Below, one piece after another: positions 52,738-62,037 of a stretch of 64,000 bases of DNA. The notes beneath the pieces are model-generated. The model did not search any database, was not told the DNA's origin, and saw only the letters and a list, made by a program, of their open reading frames with translations. Position numbers and translations under genes: made by a program. Position 1 is the first letter of the stretch, and every line of letters starts with the position of its first letter. The DNA is from a virus: the IMG/VR virus record IMGVR_UViG_3300014208_001418. One strand, 5' to 3'.

Positions 52738-53393
52738 ATTGTATTCATTGCAATAAACCATTAAACCGCGGCAGTAAATTTTGTAGTCAAAAATGTTATC
52801 AAGATTTTAAAAAAGCAATTTTTGATTTGAAGTACACAAAGCGATGCACAATTTGTGGAAAAGATTTTAGATGTCCCTCAACTGCGCCAAGAAAAAAAAC
52901 ATGTAGCATTGAATGTAAAAGAATTTTAAACACACAAAAAACATGGAAGGAAGAAACAAATAAAAAACGTGCTGAAACTTTGATAGCCTTTTATAGCACT
53001 CATGAAAAGAAGGGATATAAGCTCAGTGAAAAAAGCAAGTTAAAAATAAGAGAATCTTGTAAAGGTATAAATAAAGGCAGTAAAAACGGGAATTGGAGAG
53101 ATGGAGCATCTAAGAATATATTTAGAGGAGACGATTAGAAATATATCAGAAAAGAAATTTATAAACGGGATAATTACACATGTCAAATATGCGGAAAACG
53201 AAATTGTTTAATTTATGCCCATCATAAAGTTCCATGGAGAATTGAAAAGAATAATAATAGTGATAATCTTATTACATTGTGTAGAAGTTGTCATACTAAG
53301 GAAGATAATAAAATTATAAATGCCGAAAAGACTGAGGCTTTTAAAAAAGCAGAGATGAATGATTCATTGATAAGTCATAAGGAGATTCTATGA
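52704..53393 (+). pseudogene. HNH homing endonuclease (zinc-finger/NUMOD-like N-terminus) with one in-frame TAG (53136-53138)
   Basis: Same frame continues KYIRKEIYKRDNYTCQICG...HHKVPW...NLITLCRSCH. Confidence 0.8.
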
Positions 53394-53587
53394 CGCAAAC
53401 AAAATGGGAATACAAAATAATTGACGGTACATTTAATACTCGTGTAAGTCCTGAAACAGTCTCTATTTCTGACATAGAGAAAAATCTCAATGACCTGGGG
53501 AAAGAAGGATGGGAAGCTTATGCCACAACATCAACAGACACGGGTTACAGCAATGAAATATACTTAAAGAGGAAGATTAGTGCTTAA
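53390..53587 (+). CDS. DUF4177-like small protein
   Basis: KWEYKII...LNDLGKEGWE. Confidence 0.75.
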   Translation: MTQTKWEYKIIDGTFNTRVSPETVSISDIEKNLNDLGKEGWEAYATTSTDTGYSNEIYLKRKISA

Positions 53588-53725
53588 TGTCATGCAATGA
53601 AACTCTATCTTTCGCAAATGCATCTATTGGCAGATGTCATAGACCTCTAGGACATAGAGGAGTGCATAAGATAAGGTTGCTAGGTACTAATATAATAATG
53701 AAAATAGCTAATAGGAGATGATAAA

Positions 53726-54217
53726 ATGATTGACTGGCAAGAAACAATAAAAAAATATAGTATCGAATATCTTAAGGATTTTCCTCAAAAACAACCTGAG
53801 AACGCTTTGTATGTTACTCGCTGCTGTAAAATTAAGACAACCGATCCTGAGGCAATACCGAAAGAATTCTATAAGAGCGATATCGTGCAAAGGTTTATAA
53901 GGTTCTGTGAGACAAACGACTTGAACTATGCAATCCTATCAGACTTGTATGGGATTCACGTCAAAGACGAAAAGATGCAGACATATGATATTCATCCTTC
54001 ATCCTTATCTGAAGCTCAAATAACGCATTTAGGGAGCCTGATAAGAAGTAAATGCGATTATATTAAAGTCGATACGATCTATTACTACAATCCATCTCCG
54101 TTGATGTCAATACCTTATTTTAGGATGCTTGCAAAATCGCAACTGAAAGTATATTATTTGTCTCAACTCAAAAAAGAAGAAAAATACTTTGAAGCTAATG
54201 AGGATATGTTCGCATAG
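53726..54217 (+). CDS. DUF6884-like protein
   Basis: CCKIK...EFYKS...YAILSDLYGI; ends NEDMFA. Confidence 0.55.
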   Translation: MIDWQETIKKYSIEYLKDFPQKQPENALYVTRCCKIKTTDPEAIPKEFYKSDIVQRFIRFCETNDLNYAILSDLYGIHVKDEKMQTYDIHPSSLSEAQITHLGSLIRSKCDYIKVDTIYYYNPSPLMSIPYFRMLAKSQLKVYYLSQLKKEEKYFEANEDMFA

Positions 54218-54337
54218 CCTTTTAGAAATGCCTTATATAGATACTATAGTCTACAGTCGAAATTCCCCTAACCCCACGATTCGGGAGAAATGCAATACAT
54301 GTAGGATAAGGTACTGTATATTAAGGTACAAATATAA

Positions 54338-54619
54338 ATGCATAAAAGGTTCGTGGATAAAATAACGAACTTTAAAAAACAAGAGGGAAAAATGGCAATA
54401 AATAAAGACGAAAAGAAAAGAATATATAATTGGATATTAAAACGAATCACTCCCGAAGAGCGAAAAGCAATAGAAGAAATTCATCCAAAAGTTTTTATAG
54501 TGAAAGGAAATGAATTGGGTAATGATTATACAATAAGGCTTAAAAAACTATCTGAAGCTTTTGAAAAAATAGAAAGCAAGAATAAGGCTACGAGTTTTGG
54601 AGGAATGATTCGTTCATAG
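54338..54619 (+). CDS. Hypothetical protein
   Basis: Open frame, probable internal start MAINK. Confidence 0.5.
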   Translation: MHKRFVDKITNFKKQEGKMAINKDEKKRIYNWILKRITPEERKAIEEIHPKVFIVKGNELGNDYTIRLKKLSEAFEKIESKNKATSFGGMIRS

Positions 54620-55354
54620 ATCAGTAACAGGAGATAACAATGTTAAAATCAAAAGAAAAAATAGATCCTGAACATCTGAGCATTAATCAGATAATAGCTT
54701 TCGACAAGTTACCTGATGATAGGTTGAAAAGCGAATACGAATTCTCTGATTCGACGATATCAGACATTCATAGAATGACGAAATCAATAATGGGATAAAT
54801 ACTTAGGTGCTATGACAAAAATCGATCCGATTGATATAAAGGTATCAATACTAGTAATAATTATGTTGATCGCGGTTTTGAAAATTGCATTATGATAAAA
54901 GAGAGAGGAGATGATAAGCAATTGAAGAATAGGTTGCTCATCATCTCATATATGACATCATATTGTATTTGAACTAATATGTATTAAGTCTTTTTGTGAT
55001 AGTTCAGGTTGCTTGATATTGTAATAAGTCTTTCCTCAACTTATTTTTAATTTAATTATAACTCTTTCCATTACATTTTTTTAATGTATAAGGGTATATT
55101 GAGTAGAAAAGTGAAGTCTTTGTAGACTCATCAGAGTAGGTTTTCGTCTTTGACGAGAACAGGAACGGTGAGGGCTCTTGCAGAGCTTGGGTATCGAAAA
55201 ATGCAAGCACAAGATACCACACGTTATTCTTAAATGTTTATATTGCCGTAAGATTGCACCTGAATATTTTTTTGAAAAAAAGTTAAACGAATATTGCATG
55301 TATAACTTATTGCCTGATACTATCTATTTATTCTTTACAGATTCACATTTGCTA

Positions 55355-56629
55355 CTAGCTTATTATTTTGCACCTGGGAGGGAGAACACGAATAATATGA
55401 TTATCTGAAGGCATAAAAATCATATCTTTTATTGTTACCTTAGCAAATCCCGCTCCAAATAATGGTTGTCCATTTCCCAACGTAAAATTATTAACCGTTT
55501 CAATAACTAATGGCGTTCCCTTATCATCTTCTATTCCTAACGGCACCTGTTCTTTTTTCTGATAAACATATATCCTGAAAATCCCCTCACTCCTACCGAC
55601 CACATAATGCATTTGACTCAAAGCACTCAGCATATTCTTAGCACTATCCTTACCGAAGAAACTGCTAGCCTCCTCTATCCCTATAACAGGCTGTACATGC
55701 AAATTCGTAATCAACCTATGACAGATAGCATTGATCATATTAATTAATATCCCTTTCGTTTGAATATCATCGGGACCTGCTCCGCTCAAATTAAATACAA
55801 AGAAATCTCCACCTATTCCCGGTCTTCTTGGAGGATGCATAAGCGTAAGAACATCATTGCCTACATCAGCTAGTACCCCTAGCTTCACTAAGCTATCAAT
55901 CATCATTAAAAGTGCATCTCCACTTCTCTTAGCCCCTGATAGCTCATCTTGGTTAGCCTCTATCTCCGCCTTCAAACTCCCAATCGTTATCTTTCCGTCT
56001 CTCTTCCTGATAACTGCCATGATAGCATCAAGCATATTTACATAACCCCTATTTTCTGTCTCCTTCTGCCCAAGCATTAGCAATCCCGAAGGATCGACAT
56101 CGTTTATTCCCATTTTCCAAGTATCCGTATAATTATAATTCGCCATACAGTAATCTTCTCCCCATCTATCTACAATGTGACTTGGCAAAAAACATTGCAC
56201 TTTAGGAACTCCTCTCGGAACTTCTCCATACCTATTCAAAATCTCAATATGCTTCGGGTTATCATTTGGCATATACGCCAACTTATACTGATTCTTAAAA
56301 TCAAAAATAGTCTGACTCCTGCTATACTGGAAACTCAATTCACTATGTATCCTTGCTAAGCAGGTCGATTTCCCGCTCCCTGATCCACCAAAAATCAGCA
56401 TAGCAGGTTCATGTTCCCTACTATCAAATGGTAAATAAAAAGGACCTAATTCCTCCCCCGTAATGGGATCCAAATCAATACCCAGCTTAATAAATCTTGG
56501 TGGGTCAATCATTAATTTATTATTCTCTCTCACCTCAGTCATATTTTTTACAAAACTAGGTCTCTTTACTAACCTTCCCGAAAGAGGACTTCTTGCTCCA
56601 CCTAATCTAGCCCTAAATAATTGTGTCAT
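55355..56629 (-). CDS. HerA/FtsK/VirB4-superfamily P-loop ATPase
   Basis: GGSGSGKST, IFDFK, Walker B IGIEEA. Confidence 0.7.
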   Translation of the reverse strand: MTQLFRARLGGARSPLSGRLVKRPSFVKNMTEVRENNKLMIDPPRFIKLGIDLDPITGEELGPFYLPFDSREHEPAMLIFGGSGSGKSTCLARIHSELSFQYSRSQTIFDFKNQYKLAYMPNDNPKHIEILNRYGEVPRGVPKVQCFLPSHIVDRWGEDYCMANYNYTDTWKMGINDVDPSGLLMLGQKETENRGYVNMLDAIMAVIRKRDGKITIGSLKAEIEANQDELSGAKRSGDALLMMIDSLVKLGVLADVGNDVLTLMHPPRRPGIGGDFFVFNLSGAGPDDIQTKGILINMINAICHRLITNLHVQPVIGIEEASSFFGKDSAKNMLSALSQMHYVVGRSEGIFRIYVYQKKEQVPLGIEDDKGTPLVIETVNNFTLGNGQPLFGAGFAKVTIKDMIFMPSDNHIIRVLPPRCKIIS

Positions 56630-57429
56630 TTAGTGTTCACGTCTCCAAATTCTCTCATTGTCGGTTTCATCCTAGTTCCTCTTCCTATAAACCTATTGTT
56701 ATTATTCTGTTTCCACCAATTAGTTCCATTTGCATATGGAATATTATCCTGAAAACTATCATCTCCCCCCATCGTACCCACTCCTCCCATATCTCCAGCT
56801 CCCATATCTGCTCCTCCATCAAAATCTCCGCCCCCCATTCCTCCTATATCATGAGGATTTTCCCTAGCGGGAGGAACAATTACTAAATAATTTCCAGCAG
56901 ACGTTAGCGTTCCTATAATCCTGCTTATCCAAATATGAATAGGCTTCAAGTAATAATCAATCACAGGCTTCGTAATATAATATTCATCATTCCTTGCATG
57001 TACTATGGCAAATCTTCTATTCTGTTCCTCATTCAAACTCTCTTGAAACTTCACGATCAAATTTTTTATATAATCAAAATTAGGAGTTTGATCTCTACCA
57101 AAATCAATATAATTCTTCAAAAAGATACTCGATTCCGATATTAGCTCATTCAACTCTCTCATCTCGCTCATATCATCTAATACTTCTTTCGGTACCTTGA
57201 TCCTATATTTACCAGCCACTAATTCAGGTCTCAGCTTCAACAACTTCGAAAATTTATCCTGCACTTCCCTTAATTCATCACCGACATCCCCAAACATCTC
57301 CTGAATCTCTGCTCTAGCCTCTTCTTCCTTCTTGTCATATGCAGATTGATCTTTTCCTGTTTCTTCCTCAGATTCACTCTCTTCCTCTGTTTCTTCTTCA
57401 AGTTCAAATTCTTCTTCTTTTTCTGTCAT
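56626..57429 (-). CDS. Acidic hypothetical protein coupled to the ATPase
   Basis: Probable leaderless start 57429 (MTEKEEE); Glu-rich N-terminus, Gly/Met/Asp-rich C-terminus. Confidence 0.7.
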   Translation of the reverse strand: MTEKEEEFELEEETEEESESEEETGKDQSAYDKKEEEARAEIQEMFGDVGDELREVQDKFSKLLKLRPELVAGKYRIKVPKEVLDDMSEMRELNELISESSIFLKNYIDFGRDQTPNFDYIKNLIVKFQESLNEEQNRRFAIVHARNDEYYITKPVIDYYLKPIHIWISRIIGTLTSAGNYLVIVPPARENPHDIGGMGGGDFDGGADMGAGDMGGVGTMGGDDSFQDNIPYANGTNWWKQNNNNRFIGRGTRMKPTMREFGDVNTK

Positions 57430-57433
57430 AAAT

Positions 57434-57459
57434 GATACTACTACTTCCAAATATATAAA
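57434..57459 (-). promoter_or_regulatory. TATA + AGT-motif promoter, leaderless
   Basis: Reverse reads TTTATATATT-TGGA-AGTAGTAGTATCA-TTT-ATG. Confidence 0.7.
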
Positions 57460-57570
57460 TTCAATTGGCGAAGTAATGCTTTAGGATGAAAAACTTAGAT
57501 ATCGTTCACAATTTTCAAAGCACAAACCTATACATTACTCTTAAATACATACCCTTTCATCTACAAAGTT

Positions 57571-57828
57571 ATGATTGAAATAGCCTTAAAAAGAAAAGGA
57601 ATTGCAGGAGAAAACTACAAAAAAGCAGTAGTCTACTGTAAAGTAATCTCCAATATATACCACTCCAAATTTCCTCGTGAAGGGGCGACTAGAAAAGAAA
57701 TATACACAATCTTACGAAAACAATATAAGAATATCTCCGTAGATGAAATATCGAGATTTCTTCAATACCTAAAAGATAACAAACTAATCCTAAATTTTGA
57801 TAATGAACATTGGGTAGTTATAATATAA
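57571..57828 (+). CDS. Small winged-helix-like protein
   Basis: ATRKEIY...VDEISRFLQYLKDNKLI. Confidence 0.55.
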   Translation: MIEIALKRKGIAGENYKKAVVYCKVISNIYHSKFPREGATRKEIYTILRKQYKNISVDEISRFLQYLKDNKLILNFDNEHWVVII

Positions 57829-58013
57829 CTATTTCTTATTTTATATCTTCCAAAATTAACTAAATATTTTATCCTTATTCTCTGATCTATATTACACCAT
57901 CCATCAAATTTAGCTGATAAACATCTTTATATACTAAATCAGTGTTTATAGTTTATGAAAAAAATTTTCAATAACAGTAACACAAAAATTAAACCAAAAC
58001 TAAACTTAAAAAG

Positions 58014-58718
58014 GTGATAAATATGTCGAAAAATACTATTGTGAACAAAATAAGTAATAACAGAGCAACGTTAATAATATCTGCTCTGATTATTATAGTA
58101 ATGGGAATGTTGTTATTCACTGGTCCAGGGACTTCAGCTTGCCCCACTGAACAAAAATGGGATGGGACAAAATGTGTTCCCATCATAATTACCCCAACTC
58201 CAGAACCTACCGTTACTTCTACAGCTACTCCAATAGCTACCCCCATAGTTACCCCCATAACCACCGTAGTACCCACCACTACTCCAACAACTCAGATAAA
58301 CCTGATTAAGAATCCAGGTTTTGATACTAACACATATTCTTGGAACTTATTCACAAATGGCACAGGAACCTTTAAATCTCTCAATGGGAAAGGCGTAATA
58401 TCAATAGTAAATAAGGGAACAAACACGCAAGTCTATCAGTACAACTTTGCATTAAAGGCGAACACAAAATATAGACTAACCTTTGACGCATATTCTAATA
58501 CTGGACATGATATGCAAGTTCGAATCATCAAACACATATCTCCATTTACACAGTACGTATCTCTATTTCCGAATCTGGGAACAACCTCAACAACATTTAC
58601 TAAGGAGTTCACAACTACAGTGGCAGAACCTAATGCAAGAGTAATGTTCTGGATATCTTATCTTGGATATCCCGGCGACATCTATACTATCGATAACGTG
58701 AAGTTGGTGGTGGTATAG
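58014..58718 (+). CDS. Exported protein with PT-rich linker and CBM4/9-like domain
   Basis: TM/signal, TPTP linker, LIKNPGFD...W...YRLTFDA...IDNVKL. Confidence 0.75.
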   Translation: MINMSKNTIVNKISNNRATLIISALIIIVMGMLLFTGPGTSACPTEQKWDGTKCVPIIITPTPEPTVTSTATPIATPIVTPITTVVPTTTPTTQINLIKNPGFDTNTYSWNLFTNGTGTFKSLNGKGVISIVNKGTNTQVYQYNFALKANTKYRLTFDAYSNTGHDMQVRIIKHISPFTQYVSLFPNLGTTSTTFTKEFTTTVAEPNARVMFWISYLGYPGDIYTIDNVKLVVV

Positions 58719-59821
58719 TGAAAGAAAAAATATTATTAATATTATTTTTATTTTTTGCTGGGATAACTTTCATCCCATCAGCATCAGCCACAGCATACAA
58801 TGAATTAGCAGCATTTCCATTCGCATATGACCCAAATACATGGAACACTTATATCGATGAATCAGTTAAGATGAATGTGCAATGGGTACATTTACTTGGA
58901 AATCCCCCTTCAAAATTCTTGATAACTGATGCACGATTAAGTAAACCCGATTTACTAAAACCTCGTATTAACTATGCACGTTCAAAAGGATTAAAAGTAT
59001 CCTTATTAGTTGTGGATTATAAGTATGGTAAGGATAATTATAACAGGTGGTATAATAATGCAAATACTAAAAAACAGATTTTAGATGACATCCAATATGC
59101 AATAAAAAATTATGATATTGATGCTTTAGAATTGGAGGAACCCTTTACACCTGGAGTTATGGCACAATCACCCACAAAAGTGGTAGCTTATTTGAGAGAA
59201 ATAAGAGGATTGATTGATACAGGAATTAGCAATGGTGATATCCCCGTAGATTTCCAGTTTGGAGCTACTATGAGTTCCAATAACGTCAACAATTATCTCT
59301 TTTTGAGGGATGCTATAGTTCAAGGAAAGATATTTACGTATCTACGACCTGAGATGGTGTATCAAGACGTTGGGACAGGAAGTGGATTTGAGAAGAATTA
59401 TAATAATTGGAAGACAGCTTTCCCTGCAACAATATTAGATATACGACCAGTTATATACATCCAATGGTCTGCATTGAAAACTGCATGTATCGCAAAGGGA
59501 TATAGTGGCTACAACCATTATTCGTGCTATAACCAAGGATGGTTTAAGCAAATCGACTGGGCGCATAAGAATAACATAGGTATGTATATTTATACTGTAT
59601 GGGTGCCTTCTGCAAATTCAGGTTATTTCCCTCAAGATAAATTCCCTGGGACTAATGCAACTCAAAAAATATCAGGTATTTTAAGCTATCTACAAACATC
59701 TATAACCCCAACTCCCATTGTAACGGGAACACTAACTCCGAGTATTACACCAACTACAGATAATTCATCAATAACATTCTGGAGTATACTTATGAATTGT
59801 TTCGGATCCTTGTTAAGATAA
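58718..59821 (+). CDS. Secreted glycoside-hydrolase-like (beta/alpha barrel) protein
   Basis: Signal peptide; DIDALELEEP; Trp/Tyr-rich; family not determined. Confidence 0.5.
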   Translation: MKEKILLILFLFFAGITFIPSASATAYNELAAFPFAYDPNTWNTYIDESVKMNVQWVHLLGNPPSKFLITDARLSKPDLLKPRINYARSKGLKVSLLVVDYKYGKDNYNRWYNNANTKKQILDDIQYAIKNYDIDALELEEPFTPGVMAQSPTKVVAYLREIRGLIDTGISNGDIPVDFQFGATMSSNNVNNYLFLRDAIVQGKIFTYLRPEMVYQDVGTGSGFEKNYNNWKTAFPATILDIRPVIYIQWSALKTACIAKGYSGYNHYSCYNQGWFKQIDWAHKNNIGMYIYTVWVPSANSGYFPQDKFPGTNATQKISGILSYLQTSITPTPIVTGTLTPSITPTTDNSSITFWSILMNCFGSLLR

Positions 59822-59863
59822 GAAAGGAATAAACTTAAATACCATTAAAGAGTTGATCAAAAA

Positions 59864-61987
59864 ATGAAATCTAAGCCAATACTAATTATACTATTTTTAG
59901 TATCAATTAGTATTATTTTTACTAACCTTGCCAACGCTTCAACCCTAACTAATGGTAATTTTGAAAACTCAACGACTGGATGGACTTTTAATCAAGGGAC
60001 TGGAACTGCATCACATTCTATAGTTAATGTGAGTGGGAATAACATGTCACGAGTTATTTTAACTACAAAAGGAGATAATGTTCAATTATTTCAAAATGGA
60101 TTTACTCTTTTGTCTGATACAAGGTATAGATTGAAATTTAATATAAATTCTACTGCGACTTCTGTTTTTTCTGTTTATTTGAAAAAGTATAATTCACCAT
60201 ATACTAGCTATGGATTGTCTGAATATAATACTATAATAAATAGCACTACACAATCGTTAGTATATAATTTCATAACATCCGGATTTACCGGAAGTACAAC
60301 TGATGTTAGATTACAATTTCTGTTTGATGAGGGTGTAAATGGGAGCTTATATTATATCGACAATGTAACACTTGAAACGGTATATATATCACCTTCTCCA
60401 ACGAACCTAACTGCAACTCAAGGAAATTTCTGGATTAACTATACATGGTCAGCAGGAACGGGTAATGTTACAGATTCATTCAATGTCTCACAAAATGGAA
60501 CATGGACAAACGGAAGCTCAGCACCATTTCTAAATACAACTATTTCTCCTCATAATTGGAGCAATATTACGGTTTATGCATATAACAATAGCGGAGAGGG
60601 GGAATTAAACTTAACTGCAATATCAGACAACACTCAATTAACTAATAATCTAATAACATTGAGCAACATAAGCAGTACCTACATCGGTTCTATTGGCTCT
60701 CAAATAGCCATTTATCCTACCTATAATGATTCAGACTCAGATACTCCTACTTTCGCAAGTTCAACAACAAAAGGAAATTTTACTTCATCAAACGGAACAT
60801 TCTTATGGACTCCGCAAGCAGGAGATAACGGTACTTACAACTGGTACATTAATGTGAGTGACGGATATAGTTCTGTAGATACAATTAATTTCTCCGTATC
60901 AGTTAATAGCAATACACCAGGAACCCCCATCGATATAACATCAACTACAGGTAATTTCTGGGTAAATACAACATGGAGTAGCTCAGTAAACACAGATTCG
61001 TATAACATTAGCTTCAATAACGGATCATATCTAAACGGAAGTGCATCAAATTACATAAACCTAACATTATCTCCTCATGCATGGAGCAATATAACTGTTT
61101 GGGGATACAACTTATCAGCAGATGAACTCGGAAATTCCTCATCTCTCAGTACCCAAATCCCGAATAACGCCCCTACAATCGAATCTTCAAGCATCTCAAC
61201 ATCATCCATCACTACTGTTCAGTCGCTCACTATAACAGCTACAAACGTTTCAGACCTTGATAATGACACTATCTCTAGTGTTAATGTATCAGTTCTATTT
61301 AATATAGGCGGTACAACGAATTACAGCATGTCTAACACTGAAGGTAATAGCTGGACATATTCATATTCAAGCGCAACTGCTGGCTCTTATACAGTAACAG
61401 CAATCACTATAACTGACAATCAAAACGAAGTCACAATCAACACTACATCAATTGCTTTTACTGTTACAACTCCTCCAGCAACAGTAGTCGCTCCATCAGG
61501 AAGTGGTAGCAGTCCTCAAACTGTAATTACTCTGAATCAGACCTCAAACAATACCAACTTAGAGAACCTAGTTTTTAAACTCAAAGAACTTGCTCCAGCT
61601 CTTCCAGAAGGAATGCAACAACTGATAGCAGAATGTTTTGTTAATGGTACCTTACTCAATAACAAATGCTCTACAACCTTTATTTCCAACCCAATAAACT
61701 ACTGGCCTTCGATGGTAGGAGCGTTGACAGGGGCATTTATTTCCATATTCAGCATCATGTTGATTTATAGGGTGTACAGGAATCTGTTGATAGACACATT
61801 ACTTTATGGGGTAATAAGCATAATTACAATACAGGTCATAATATTAGTGGGGTTCAATATGTTTTTCTTGAATTATATTTTTCAGACTGACCAACCATCA
61901 TATATGTTTATCTCATCATTATTGGAAACTATGATAATTAGTTTTGGACTTGATAAAATATTCAATAAGAAAACTAGAAGAGTATAA
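59864..61987 (+). CDS. Large surface glycoprotein: CBM4/9-like domain, two GNFW Ig/FnIII-like repeats, C-terminal TM helices
   Basis: LTNGNFEN; GNFWINYTW...NITVYAYN and GNFWVNTTW...NITVWGYN; many N-x-S/T sequons. Confidence 0.75.
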   Translation: MKSKPILIILFLVSISIIFTNLANASTLTNGNFENSTTGWTFNQGTGTASHSIVNVSGNNMSRVILTTKGDNVQLFQNGFTLLSDTRYRLKFNINSTATSVFSVYLKKYNSPYTSYGLSEYNTIINSTTQSLVYNFITSGFTGSTTDVRLQFLFDEGVNGSLYYIDNVTLETVYISPSPTNLTATQGNFWINYTWSAGTGNVTDSFNVSQNGTWTNGSSAPFLNTTISPHNWSNITVYAYNNSGEGELNLTAISDNTQLTNNLITLSNISSTYIGSIGSQIAIYPTYNDSDSDTPTFASSTTKGNFTSSNGTFLWTPQAGDNGTYNWYINVSDGYSSVDTINFSVSVNSNTPGTPIDITSTTGNFWVNTTWSSSVNTDSYNISFNNGSYLNGSASNYINLTLSPHAWSNITVWGYNLSADELGNSSSLSTQIPNNAPTIESSSISTSSITTVQSLTITATNVSDLDNDTISSVNVSVLFNIGGTTNYSMSNTEGNSWTYSYSSATAGSYTVTAITITDNQNEVTINTTSIAFTVTTPPATVVAPSGSGSSPQTVITLNQTSNNTNLENLVFKLKELAPALPEGMQQLIAECFVNGTLLNNKCSTTFISNPINYWPSMVGALTGAFISIFSIMLIYRVYRNLLIDTLLYGVISIITIQVIILVGFNMFFLNYIFQTDQPSYMFISSLLETMIISFGLDKIFNKKTRRV

Positions 61988-62037
61988 TGAACCTAAAAAA
62001 AAAGGATTAAAACAAAAAGAGTATGATCTAATTTTTA

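Noticed and set aside
55105-55160. Hammerhead ribozyme on the minus strand
   Set aside because: CTGATGA and GAAA are only 7 nt apart in the wrong order, leaving no room for stems I and III and no cleavage triplet
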